NCBI GenBank assembly: GCA_038231435.1
Contig: JBBRLJ010000017.1
Coordinates: 44,676-108,675 of the forward strand
Source: Planctomycetota bacterium
Lineage (GTDB): Bacteria > Planctomycetota > UBA11346
Length of the DNA stretch: 64,000 bases
Direction of reading: 5' to 3'
Both the position numbers and the translations under genes were made by a program. This document shows, one piece after another, positions 29,570 through 38,659 of the stretch; position 1 is the stretch's first letter; each line of letters opens with the position of its first letter. Under the pieces are notes generated by a model, which saw only the letters and a program-made list of their open reading frames with translations, made no database searches and was not told the origin of the DNA.

Positions 29570-30718
29570 TCAATGCGCGGCTGGGGCCGTGGGTTGTTTT
29601 GTATCGGGCTCGGACGGGGCGGCGTCTTGGGCGGCGGGTTCGTCGACTGGCGCGGCGGCGGGGGCGGAGTTCTTCGCGAGGGTGGCGCCGCGGGTGTTGA
29701 CGTCGAGGGCGACGAGGGTCGCTGGTAGCACCACGACCGCTTCGTCACCGGGGGAGAACCACAGCTTGGCTTGGACGGTGATGGTGCCGCGCGACGCGCC
29801 CTTGGGGACGAGCAGCTGAGCGTACCAGTCGGTCTTGCCGGGGATCTGCTTCTGGCTCGCCTTGATGCTCCAATAGGCGTTGAGGTACGGGACGTCGGCG
29901 ACCAGCGCGGCGAGCATCTGGTCGCCGAGGAAATAATATTCCTCGACGCCGTCGGGCATCGGGTTCGGGCCGTGGCGGAGTCCGTTGTAGCCGAGATCCT
30001 TGATCGGCTTGATCGCCCAGTCGCTGCTGGTGCGGGCGTACGACGACTTGGGCTGGCGCGGCGCCACCATGCCGGGGGACGCGGGCTGCGCGCTCGCGAC
30101 GGTGTCGCCGAGCGTGACGGTGACGTCGATGCGCGTGAGCGGCTTGTCGAAGCCGGCGTTGGCGCGGTACTCGATGGGGATCTTCAGCAGGTACACCTCG
30201 TGGGTGTCGGCGTAGATGTGCGAGATCCTGGGTTCAGCGGCCGCGCCGCGCGCCGCGCGGCCGTTCATCTCGACGCGTCCGGGATGCAGCGTGGCGGGCA
30301 GCACCAGCTCGCCGGCGTCGACCGCATGCCACGAGCTCGCGGTAGCCGGAGCGCCATGCGTGGCGGTCTTGTGCGCTGCGGCTTTCGGCGCTGACGGCTG
30401 CGGTGTCTTCGCCGGCGACGAGCCGTCGGCCGCGTTCGCGATATCGGCCGAGGACACCGACCAGAAGCCCTCGGGGATATCGTCGAGCTCGATCACCACT
30501 GGCACCGAGAACGTCTGCGCGTCGGCGCTGGGCTCTTCCACCGAGATGGTGGTGACGGGCGATTTCACGACCAGTGGCGGCGCCTGGGTGGCGCCCTGGT
30601 GCTCGGGCTGATCGACGATCTGGCGATCCTGGCGGTGGCCGCAGCCGACTCCGCCGCACGCGAGCGCGGTCATGGCGGCGACCATCAGGAACGGGCTGAC
30701 GCGACGGTGCTGGGTCAT
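29570..30718 (-). CDS. Hypothetical lipoprotein
   Basis: Hydrophobic leader with Cys (LACGGVGC), Pro/Ala-rich linkers; 382-aa ORF with coding-like composition. Confidence 0.7.
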   Translation of the reverse strand: MTQHRRVSPFLMVAAMTALACGGVGCGHRQDRQIVDQPEHQGATQAPPLVVKSPVTTISVEEPSADAQTFSVPVVIELDDIPEGFWSVSSADIANAADGSSPAKTPQPSAPKAAAHKTATHGAPATASSWHAVDAGELVLPATLHPGRVEMNGRAARGAAAEPRISHIYADTHEVYLLKIPIEYRANAGFDKPLTRIDVTVTLGDTVASAQPASPGMVAPRQPKSSYARTSSDWAIKPIKDLGYNGLRHGPNPMPDGVEEYYFLGDQMLAALVADVPYLNAYWSIKASQKQIPGKTDWYAQLLVPKGASRGTITVQAKLWFSPGDEAVVVLPATLVALDVNTRGATLAKNSAPAAAPVDEPAAQDAAPSEPDTKQPTAPAAH

Positions 30719-30976
30719 GGGCTATCCTGAGGAGGGAGGCCTGCGCGCCGCGCGCATGCGCGGCGAAGTCGGTCATAAGCCCCCGCCGCGCAGCGCTCCA
30801 GGGAAAAAACAGCGGCTCGCGGCGGGTGAGGCAGGGGGTCCGGGTGGGGAGATGGAGATGGAGAAGCTGGAAGGGGGAAGTTTGAAGACGGAAGCATCGT
30901 ACTGGCCAAAGCGTCACGCACGAGGGTCCGCCGTCGGCTTCCCTCATTCCTCTCACCTCTCCCCTGATCTCCTTCC

Positions 30977-32251
30977 TTAGGGCTTCTTCTTCTCCCGGTA
31001 CAGCTCCCGATGCGTCTCGCGCAGCAGCGCCTTGACGTCGATGCCAGGGGGCGCCTTGCTGGCGTCGACCAGGTCGATGGCGGCGTCGGTCGCGAAGGCG
31101 CCTGGGAACCAGTGGCCCTTCTGCTCGAGCATGTTGTAGCGGTAGACGCCGAAATCCTTCATGTCGTAGCACTTCCACATGCGGCGGAAGCGCAGCACCT
31201 CGGGGATGTTGATGCCCGAGGGGTCGCCCAGCATCTCGTGCCCGTCCCACGCGCTCGCCGGGTCCACCGATACGCGCGCGTCCAGGGCCTTCTCGATGGC
31301 CAGATCCCGCGCGGCGAGCGGGATCGACACCGGGAATACGCCTTTCATCTCGTTGATGTGCCCCGGCTCGGTCATGCCGAAGCTCAGGGTCTGCACCTGG
31401 GGTGAGCGCAGGCACCAGCGCGCGTTCCATTGGATCGGCGTCAGCGGCGCGGTCATGCTCGTGAGCAGTGGCGAAGGATTGAACAGCTGGCCGCCCTTGT
31501 CGTTGGGCGAGATGATGAAGACGCCGATGTCCTTGGCGTGCGCGTACGCGACCGCGCCGGCATTCCGCTGGAAGAAGTAGTAGTAGTGCAGGTTCACGAA
31601 CGAAAAGAGTCCGGTGGCGAGCGCCTCGACGATCACCTCGAGCGGCCCGTGGGTGCTGAAGCCGACGTCGCCGATGATGCCTTCGTCGCGCATCTTCAGC
31701 AGTTCCTCGACCGCGCCGCCCTTGGCGGTGATGGTGTTCAGGATCTCGCGCGTATTGATGCCGTGCCAGCCGTAGAGATCGATGTGGTCGGTGCGCAGGC
31801 CCTTGAGCTGCTCCTCGACCGACTTCCGCGCATCGACGGCCGTCATCGGCCCACCTTTGGTCATCAGGTTGTAGCTGTTCCGCGGCACGCGCAGCTCGCT
31901 CTCGAGCACCTGGCCGTAGCAGTACTCGCTCTTGCCGTAACCATGCGCGGTTTCGATGTGGTTGACGCCGGCATCGAGCGCGAGCCGCGTGATGTCGCGG
32001 CATTGCTCGATCATGGTACCGGGCGGCTGCTCGCGGGCGCCGCCCCAGCTGTCCTTGTAGCGCATGCCGCCGAGCGTGATCGTCGACAGCCACTTCCCGG
32101 TGCGGCCGAAGCGGCGGTACTGCATCGGCTCGCGCTGGTTGCGGATCACCGGTGCGGCAGAGGCGCCTGGCCGCGACGCCGATGGAGATGCGGCTGGAGC
32201 GCCCCCTGGAGATCCGCCCGCTGATCCGGCTGCTGATGGTGACGTGCTCAT
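30977..32251 (-). CDS. Aldo/keto reductase with a Cys-less ferredoxin-like C-terminal tail
   Basis: MQYRRFGRT, LGGMRY, GVNHIETAHGYGKSE, VGFSTHGP, IISPNDKGG, GHWFPG; start may be at MQYRR. Confidence 0.9.
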   Translation of the reverse strand: MSTSPSAAGSAGGSPGGAPAASPSASRPGASAAPVIRNQREPMQYRRFGRTGKWLSTITLGGMRYKDSWGGAREQPPGTMIEQCRDITRLALDAGVNHIETAHGYGKSEYCYGQVLESELRVPRNSYNLMTKGGPMTAVDARKSVEEQLKGLRTDHIDLYGWHGINTREILNTITAKGGAVEELLKMRDEGIIGDVGFSTHGPLEVIVEALATGLFSFVNLHYYYFFQRNAGAVAYAHAKDIGVFIISPNDKGGQLFNPSPLLTSMTAPLTPIQWNARWCLRSPQVQTLSFGMTEPGHINEMKGVFPVSIPLAARDLAIEKALDARVSVDPASAWDGHEMLGDPSGINIPEVLRFRRMWKCYDMKDFGVYRYNMLEQKGHWFPGAFATDAAIDLVDASKAPPGIDVKALLRETHRELYREKKKP

Positions 32252-33633
32252 GGCTGGTCCTCGCTGGATGCTGGTGGCGCGGGTTCGTTCAAGGCTTGAG
32301 GCTTCGCGTTGGTGACTCTCGCCGCGAGCCAGCCGTCGCCGACGCGCGCTTCGATCGCCGTTCCGGGCGGCGCCTGGGCGATGCGCCGCACCAGCGTGCC
32401 GTCGGTGGTGCGCACCACGCTGTAGCCGCGGGCGATCACCGCCAGCGGCGACAGCGCGTCGAGATGCGCCGCGGCGCTGGCGAGACGCTTGCGCCCGGTT
32501 TCGAGGGCGCGCTCCATGCCCTGGGCGAGCGCGCGCTCATGCTTGCGCCAGCGCTCGGCGTGCAGCGCGAGCACGCGCAGCGGCTTGGCCACGCGCAGGC
32601 GCAGGCGCAGGGCGTCGAGATCCTGCGCGCGCGTCGCCTGGACGTGGTCGATGGCCTCGCCGAGCCGCGCCGACAACTCGTCGAGGCGCTGGCGGCGCAT
32701 CGCCACCTGGTGCCGTGGGCCGACCAGCGCGCGGTGGATGACCAACGCCTCGAGCCGCTGCCTGAGTCCGCCCATGACCACGTCGATGGACTGGTCGAGC
32801 TGCTTGCGCATGCCGGCGATGCCGTCGCGCAGGTCGCGCTCGACCGGAACCACCATCTCGCCCGCCGCGGTGGGGGTCTTGGCACGCACATCGGCAGCGA
32901 AATCCGCGAGCGTGGTGTCGGTCTCGTGGCCCACGGCGCTGACGATCGGCGTCGCGCACGCGGCGATCGCGCGCACCACCGCCTCCTCGTTGAACGCCCA
33001 CAGATCCTCGATGCTGCCGCCGCCGCGCCCGACCACGATCACCTCGACATCGGGATGCGCGTCGAGCGCGCGCAGCGCGCGCACCACCGAACCCGCGGCC
33101 GCCAGACCCTGCACCAGGCATGGGGCGTGCACGATGTGCATGCCGGGGAAGCGCGCGCGGATCGAATGGACCATGTCCGCGAGCGCGGCGCTGCCGGCCG
33201 CGGTCGCCAGTCCCACCGCGCGCGGGAGCATGGGCAGCGGCAGCTTGCGCTCCTCGTCGAACAGGCCCTCGGCGGCGAGTGCCGCCTTCAGGCGCTCGAA
33301 GCGAGCGGCGAGGTCGCCCGCGCCGACCGGGGTCACCCGCGATGCCAGCAGCTGGTACTGCCCGCGCGGTCCGTACACCGACAGGTTGCCGCGCACCAGC
33401 ACCTGCTCGCCCTCGCGCGGCATCGGGCCGTTGCGCACCACCTGCGACCGCCACATCACCAGCGAGATGATCGCCTCGCCGTCCTTCAGCGTCGCGTAGA
33501 AATGCCCGCTCGGGTAGACCTTTGCCTGCGAGAGCTCGCCCTGCACCGACAGCGGGCCGAAGCCCTCGAGCGAGGTCGCGATGCGCTGGGTCAGCGCGCC
33601 GACCGTCCATGGCTGTTCGAGCGGCTTGGCCAC
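32248..33633 (-). CDS. xseA: Exodeoxyribonuclease VII large subunit
   Basis: SGHFYATLKD, RLKAALAAEGLFD, RGGGSIEDLWAFNEE, SAVGHETDTTLADFAAD..TPTAAG, LSPLAVIARGYS. Confidence 0.96.
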   Translation of the reverse strand: MAKPLEQPWTVGALTQRIATSLEGFGPLSVQGELSQAKVYPSGHFYATLKDGEAIISLVMWRSQVVRNGPMPREGEQVLVRGNLSVYGPRGQYQLLASRVTPVGAGDLAARFERLKAALAAEGLFDEERKLPLPMLPRAVGLATAAGSAALADMVHSIRARFPGMHIVHAPCLVQGLAAAGSVVRALRALDAHPDVEVIVVGRGGGSIEDLWAFNEEAVVRAIAACATPIVSAVGHETDTTLADFAADVRAKTPTAAGEMVVPVERDLRDGIAGMRKQLDQSIDVVMGGLRQRLEALVIHRALVGPRHQVAMRRQRLDELSARLGEAIDHVQATRAQDLDALRLRLRVAKPLRVLALHAERWRKHERALAQGMERALETGRKRLASAAAHLDALSPLAVIARGYSVVRTTDGTLVRRIAQAPPGTAIEARVGDGWLAARVTNAKPQALNEPAPPASSEDQP

Positions 33634-33807
33634 CCGCGCAGCCTATGCGGCGCGGATCCTCGGCCAGGGATGAGCTTCTCGGGGGTTCTTGGCGCTCGTA
33701 AGCGCTCGTCTCTGAATGTCCCCACCGAAACGTCCATCTCGGCACCACCCGATGTCCATGGCCTGTTCCCACGGCTGATAGGATCGCCGAAAACCCTGGA
33801 GAACGCC

Positions 33808-34605
33808 ATGATCGAACCGCTCTTCGTTTCCGCCGCTCCCACCGCCCCCGCCGCTTCCAACGCCCCCGTCGCTCCGGCGGCGGGAGTCGAAGGTGCGCTC
33901 GATGCGCTCGAACGGGATGGATTCCTGCTGATTCCCGCCGCGTTGTCGCGCGAGGAGACCACGCTGGTGCGGACACGGCTCGACCATGCGCGCGCGCAAG
34001 GTTGGGAAGAGGGTTTGAACTCGGTGGGCAACATGTGGTTCGATACGCTGCTCGATCGCGAGCCCGAGACTTTCGCGCGGTTGGTCGGGCATGCGGCGGT
34101 GAAGCCCCTGCTCGATGGCCTCTATGGTCGCCAGTGCCAGCTGCGCAGCCTGCGCGGCCACATCAATCCAGGACCGTACGTGCAGGAATGGCATCTCGAT
34201 TTCTACGGCTATTGGCAGGAGCGGCGCGCGCTCGCGGGGCGGCGGATGGCGACCGCGCCGGTGGGCGTCAACACCACCTTCTACCTGCAGGACAACCTGC
34301 CGGGCAGCGGCCGCCTCACCTTCCTGCCGGGCACGCATCTGCGCGAGCCCCCGCACCTGTACCCGCACGATTTTGCGGCCTTCCAGGTATGGGCCGAACG
34401 GCAGCCGCGGGTCGAGCTGCATCCGCGCGCGGGCGACTGCGTGCTCTTCCTGAGCCACATGGTGCACCGCGGCGCCAAGGACGACGATGCGATGGAGCGC
34501 TCGAACATCGTCTGTCATTACCAGGCGTGCGCGATGCACGAGGCGGTTTGGCACGTGACCAGTCCGCGTGGTTTCGCCGGAACGTTTCCATTCGCCCGCG
34601 ATTGA
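33808..34605 (+). CDS. Phytanoyl-CoA dioxygenase (PhyH)-family Fe(II)/2OG oxygenase
   Basis: LERDGFLLI, WHLD (HxD), LTFLPGTH, AGDCVLF..HMVHRG; GGAG RBS before ATG 33808. Confidence 0.85.
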   Translation: MIEPLFVSAAPTAPAASNAPVAPAAGVEGALDALERDGFLLIPAALSREETTLVRTRLDHARAQGWEEGLNSVGNMWFDTLLDREPETFARLVGHAAVKPLLDGLYGRQCQLRSLRGHINPGPYVQEWHLDFYGYWQERRALAGRRMATAPVGVNTTFYLQDNLPGSGRLTFLPGTHLREPPHLYPHDFAAFQVWAERQPRVELHPRAGDCVLFLSHMVHRGAKDDDAMERSNIVCHYQACAMHEAVWHVTSPRGFAGTFPFARD

Positions 34606-34676
34606 TGAGGGTCGCGCGCCCATCGCGCGCGCCCCGATCCTGCTTGGCAGGGGGATCAGCGGCAGAGCATGACGGC

Positions 34677-35642
34677 ATGCCGGCGCGCCTTTCGCACATT
34701 CACATCCCTGTCGAACGCATCGAGCTTCCGCCCGAGCCGCTCTCGCCGTGGCTGCGGCTCGCCCATCGTACCCGCGTCGGCCCCGAGGGGGATGGCCGTG
34801 GCGTGCTGCGCTCGAGCGACGACTTCATGCTCATGCTCCAGCTCGAGGGCACGGCGTACATCTGGTGGCATGGGCTCGGCGGCAGCGTGGCGTTGCCGAG
34901 CGGATCGGTCGCGTTCGTGCCCAAGGACCGGCTCCACGCCTGGGGGGTCTGCCCTGGCCTGCACATCGCCGTGCATTTCGATCTGCACGCGGATCCCTCG
35001 ATCGAGCCCCTAGCGATGCTCCATCATCGCGACGAGCGCGTCGGACCGAAGCCGCTGGCGGCGATGCCGGTGTTCGAGCTCACGGCGTCGGGGCGGCCAG
35101 ACCGCCTGCTCATCCCGCTGGTGACGCCCCTGCGCCGGCCGGGCGCGTGGCTCGAGCGCATCGAACCGCTGGTCGCGATGTATGGCTCGCGCAGCCATCG
35201 CGGCATCGATGCGCGCCTGCGCGCGGCCGAGATCCTCTCGTGGGCGGTGCGTTCGCTCGACGTTGGTGCGCGCGGTGCGACCAGTGCCGCGGTGGATCCC
35301 GATCCGCGCATCCTCCGCCTGCTCGCCGAGCTCGATGCCGAGCCCGCGCGTCCATGGTCGGTATCCACGCTGGCGCGTCGCGTCGGCATGGGCGAGACCG
35401 CCTTCCGCCACGCCTTCGCCCGCGTCGCCGGCGCCAATCCCAAGGCGCATCTGGAGGCGGTGCGGATGGAGCGCGCCGCGCATCTGCTCTTGGATACGGA
35501 CAGCCCGATCGCGGCGATCGCGCGCGCGGTCGGCTACGACGACCCGTACCATTTCAGCCGCGTGTTCAAGCGCGTGAACGGCCGTTCGCCGAGCGCGCTG
35601 CGGGGAAGGAGGGGAGAGGAAAGCCTAGAGCCTAGAGCCTAA
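34677..35642 (+). CDS. AraC-family transcriptional regulator
   Basis: C-terminal WSVSTLARRVGM...IARAVGYDDPYHFSRVFKRVNGRSP; cupin-like N-terminus. Confidence 0.9.
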   Translation: MPARLSHIHIPVERIELPPEPLSPWLRLAHRTRVGPEGDGRGVLRSSDDFMLMLQLEGTAYIWWHGLGGSVALPSGSVAFVPKDRLHAWGVCPGLHIAVHFDLHADPSIEPLAMLHHRDERVGPKPLAAMPVFELTASGRPDRLLIPLVTPLRRPGAWLERIEPLVAMYGSRSHRGIDARLRAAEILSWAVRSLDVGARGATSAAVDPDPRILRLLAELDAEPARPWSVSTLARRVGMGETAFRHAFARVAGANPKAHLEAVRMERAAHLLLDTDSPIAAIARAVGYDDPYHFSRVFKRVNGRSPSALRGRRGEESLEPRA

Positions 35643-36647
35643 AGCTGAGAGCTGAGAACTCTGAGCGGCCTCGCCATCAGCCCTGCCCGTTTCTTCCCGG
35701 GGGGCAGGCCGGAGGCCGATGTTGGGGGGCCGCAGCCCCCCAACCGACAGCTCTTTCAATTCTGCGCGCCGATCCGAGGGGATCCTCGCGGCGAGCGCGG
35801 GCCAGTGGCCGCGGGGTGTGCGCACAGGGCCGGTGAACTCGAGACCGTCCGCGACCTCGCGGATGGCTGGTCCGAAGGCGGCGTCGAGTCCCAGCGCGGC
35901 GCGATCGCGCGCCATCTGCGCGACCTGCGCGCGCTTGGCCTCGCCCCAGGCGGGCTTGCCCCACGGCGCGTAGCCGCATTCGTCGAAGGCCTGCTGAGCG
36001 ATGTAGTGGATATAGAAGGTTCGGCGCATGCGGTTCGACGGATTCTCCATCGAGCCGTGCGGCGTCGACAGGCAGTGGAAGAGCACATCGCCCGGCTTCA
36101 TGCGCACCGGCACCGCGCCACAGCGGGCGAACAGCTCCTCCTGCGACTTGTCCTCCAGCTTCACGTGGCCGACCAGATGGTGGCCGGGGATCGCCCACAC
36201 GCAGCCGTTCCCTTCGTCGGATTCGTCGAGGTAGATGTCGGTGGTGAAGTTGGGGACAGCGCCGCTGGAGAGACGGGCGGGATCGCCGTAGGGTGGATCC
36301 TGGTGCCACGTCACCGGCCGGCCGCCCGGGATCTTCACCACCAACGAATCGTTCCACGGGAAGAACGCCTGGCCGACGCACTGGCCGATGTTCTCGAGCA
36401 GTTCGGGATTCACCGCCACGGCGCGGAAGATCGCATGGCGGTTCCACAGGTCCTCGGATCGCCAATAGACCTCGCCGCCGTCCTCGAGCTGGTGGTAGAG
36501 GTGCTTGTTGCCGTCCTTGGCCACTCCCTGGGCGACCACCGCGGCCGACTCCTCGCGCAGCTGGGCGAGCTCGCGCCCACGGACCACGCCGGGCATGACC
36601 AGGAAGCCCTGGGAGTGGAAGGAATCGATCTGCTGCTGGCTGAGCAT
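35625..36647 (-). CDS. PhyH-family dioxygenase (C-terminus extended through repeat B)
   Basis: MLSQQQIDSFHSQGFLV, WHQD, NGCVWAIPGHH, MKPGDVLFH...HGSMEN. Confidence 0.88.
   Translation of the reverse strand: MLSQQQIDSFHSQGFLVMPGVVRGRELAQLREESAAVVAQGVAKDGNKHLYHQLEDGGEVYWRSEDLWNRHAIFRAVAVNPELLENIGQCVGQAFFPWNDSLVVKIPGGRPVTWHQDPPYGDPARLSSGAVPNFTTDIYLDESDEGNGCVWAIPGHHLVGHVKLEDKSQEELFARCGAVPVRMKPGDVLFHCLSTPHGSMENPSNRMRRTFYIHYIAQQAFDECGYAPWGKPAWGEAKRAQVAQMARDRAALGLDAAFGPAIREVADGLEFTGPVRTPRGHWPALAARIPSDRRAELKELSVGGLRPPNIGLRPAPREETGRADGEAAQSSQLSALGSRL
35697..35751 (-). repeat. Repeat family B, copy 4
   Basis: Reverse complement of copy 3 with 3 mismatches; both give the peptide LSVGGLRPPNIGLRPAPR in the ORF track. 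Confidence 0.85.
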
Positions 36648-36747
36648 GGCTGCGGTCTCCGTATGGATGACATTAGCGTGATAACGGGAAGAACCTCTCG
36701 CAAGAATGCTAAAAACTCTTGTATCCTAAGATATCATCTGGTCGAAT

Positions 36748-37644
36748 GTGCCCGTGGCCAGTCGCCCCATCCGTCCCGTCGAGCCCAGCTATGGCTTCAC
36801 CGGCGATCGCGCGCTGCTGCAGGCCGCCTCGCCGCGCGAACACGCCCATTGCGACATCGAGCTCAATCTGCTCGCGACCGGCCGGATGCGCTATTTCTTC
36901 GCCGGCAAGCTCATCGATCTGCCGCCCGGCCGCTGGGTCGCGTTCTGGGCGGCGATGCCGCACCAGGTGATCGCCGTCGACGGGCCGGGCGAACTGTTGT
37001 GGGTGACGGTGCCGGTCTCGATGTTCATGGCCTGGGAGTTGGGCGAGGGTTTCGGCCAGCGCCTGCTGCACGGTGAGTTCCTGGCCGAGCCGCGCGCGCG
37101 CGCCGGCATCGTCGAGCAGGGGCGCGAGTGGATCGACGATCTCAAGCACGGCGCGTCGGAGGCTCGACGCATCGTCGCGCTCGAGTCGGAGGCGCTCGTG
37201 CGGCGCATGGCGCTCGACATCGTCACGGGAACCCAAGGCACTTCCGCGCTCGTGCCTGACGAGAAGCCGCTCGCTCCCGCGCGCGCCCATCGCGCCATGG
37301 CGAAGATCGAGGAACTCAGCGCATGGCTCGCCGCCCACTATCGGGACGAGGTCGACGTCGCCGACTGCGCCGCCGCCGTGGGACTGCATCCAAACTACGC
37401 CATGAACCTCTTCCGGCGCACGTGCGGCATGACGCTGTGGCAGTATCTGACGCGCTTGCGCCTGTCGCACGCGCAGCGCCTGCTGCTCACCAGCGATCGC
37501 GGGGTGCTCGACATCGCCATGGACGCGGGTTTCGGATCGCAGGCACGGTTCTATGTGGTGTTCAAGCAGGCCTACGGCCTGACTCCGGCCGCGTTCCGGC
37601 GGCGCGGAGGAGAGATGCCGCCGCCGGCGGCGCCGCCGAGCTAA
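36748..37644 (+). CDS. AraC-family regulator, MelR-like
   Basis: HAHCDIELN, FWAAMPHQ, VGLHPNYAMNLF, IAMDAGFGSQARFY. Confidence 0.9.
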   Translation: MPVASRPIRPVEPSYGFTGDRALLQAASPREHAHCDIELNLLATGRMRYFFAGKLIDLPPGRWVAFWAAMPHQVIAVDGPGELLWVTVPVSMFMAWELGEGFGQRLLHGEFLAEPRARAGIVEQGREWIDDLKHGASEARRIVALESEALVRRMALDIVTGTQGTSALVPDEKPLAPARAHRAMAKIEELSAWLAAHYRDEVDVADCAAAVGLHPNYAMNLFRRTCGMTLWQYLTRLRLSHAQRLLLTSDRGVLDIAMDAGFGSQARFYVVFKQAYGLTPAAFRRRGGEMPPPAAPPS

Positions 37645-37777
37645 GCACCACGTCGCCAGCGCCGCTGCTCGCATGGCCACGCAGCGCGCCCACGTGCGAC
37701 AGAGCGGGCGCGCGCCGCGCGCACGCGCGATTGACAGCTACGACCCCCGGTTACGGTGGCCCCCTTCGGAGGTGTCC

Positions 37778-38590
37778 TTGGTCGCTACACGGGCTCACAG
37801 TGCGCAGGTGGCCGTCCTCATCCCGGCCCGTCGCGCTTCCACCCGGCTGCCAGAGAAGCTGCTGCTCGCCGAGACCGGCAAGGCGCTGCTGACCCACACC
37901 TGCGAGCGCGCGGCGAAGGCCTACGGTTCGCAGGCGGTGACGGTGTGCGTCGACGACCCCGCATTGATCATCGCCGCCGAGAGCGCTGGCGTGCGCGCCA
38001 AGCTCACCCGTGCCGATCACCAGTCCGGCACCGATCGCATCGCCGAGATCGCCGCCGCACTCGAGGCTGGCGTGATCGTGAACGTCCAGGGCGACGAGCC
38101 CGAGATCGATCCGATCCACATCCGCAAGGTCGCGAACCTGCTCGAGCGCCACGCCTGGGCCGGCATCGCCACCCTGTGCACCCTCGGCACCGAGGCCGAC
38201 CAGGCGAACCCGAACGCGGTCAAAGTGCTCCTTGGACACGATGATCGTGCGGTATATTTCACCAGATCAGGAGCGCCGTGGGACCGCGATCGCGGTGCGC
38301 CGGCCGCGGTCTGCCACCGCCATCTGGGGATCTATGCCTATCGTCGCGAAATCCTGCTCGGCTATGGCAAGCTGCCGGCGAGCCGCCTCGAGGCGCTCGA
38401 GAAGCTCGAGCAGCTGCGCGCGCTCGAGGCCGGCATCGGCATCGCCTGCTCGGTCGTCGAGCATTCCGCGCCCGGCATCGACACGCGCGCCGATTACGAC
38501 GCCTTCATGGCGCGCCATCTGGCCGCCGCCGGAGCCGCCGCGGCTGGCAAGAAGCCGGCTTCCGGCTCCAAGTCTGGCACGAAAAAGTAA
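37778..38590 (+). CDS. kdsB: 3-deoxy-manno-octulosonate cytidylyltransferase
   Basis: IPARRASTRLPEKLL, HQSGTDRIAE, VNVQGDEP, HLGIYAYR, EKLEQLRALE; probable TTG start after GGAGG. Confidence 0.93.
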   Translation: MVATRAHSAQVAVLIPARRASTRLPEKLLLAETGKALLTHTCERAAKAYGSQAVTVCVDDPALIIAAESAGVRAKLTRADHQSGTDRIAEIAAALEAGVIVNVQGDEPEIDPIHIRKVANLLERHAWAGIATLCTLGTEADQANPNAVKVLLGHDDRAVYFTRSGAPWDRDRGAPAAVCHRHLGIYAYRREILLGYGKLPASRLEALEKLEQLRALEAGIGIACSVVEHSAPGIDTRADYDAFMARHLAAAGAAAAGKKPASGSKSGTKK

Positions 38591-38659
38591 CGTGCGCGCG
38601 GATGGCCTCGCATCGCGTGCCCCGAAACCCGCGCCCGGCTCCTTCCCTCGGATGAACCC

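Noticed and set aside
32152..33807. Long N-terminal extension of the PhyH ORF (817 aa)
   Set aside because: It is antisense to xseA; an RBS and the family N-terminus point to ATG 33808.
37731..37757. Sigma-70 promoter for kdsB-pyrG (TTGACA...TACGGT)
   Set aside because: The -35 is perfect but the -10 is weak and spaced by only 15 bp; not supportable without TSS data.
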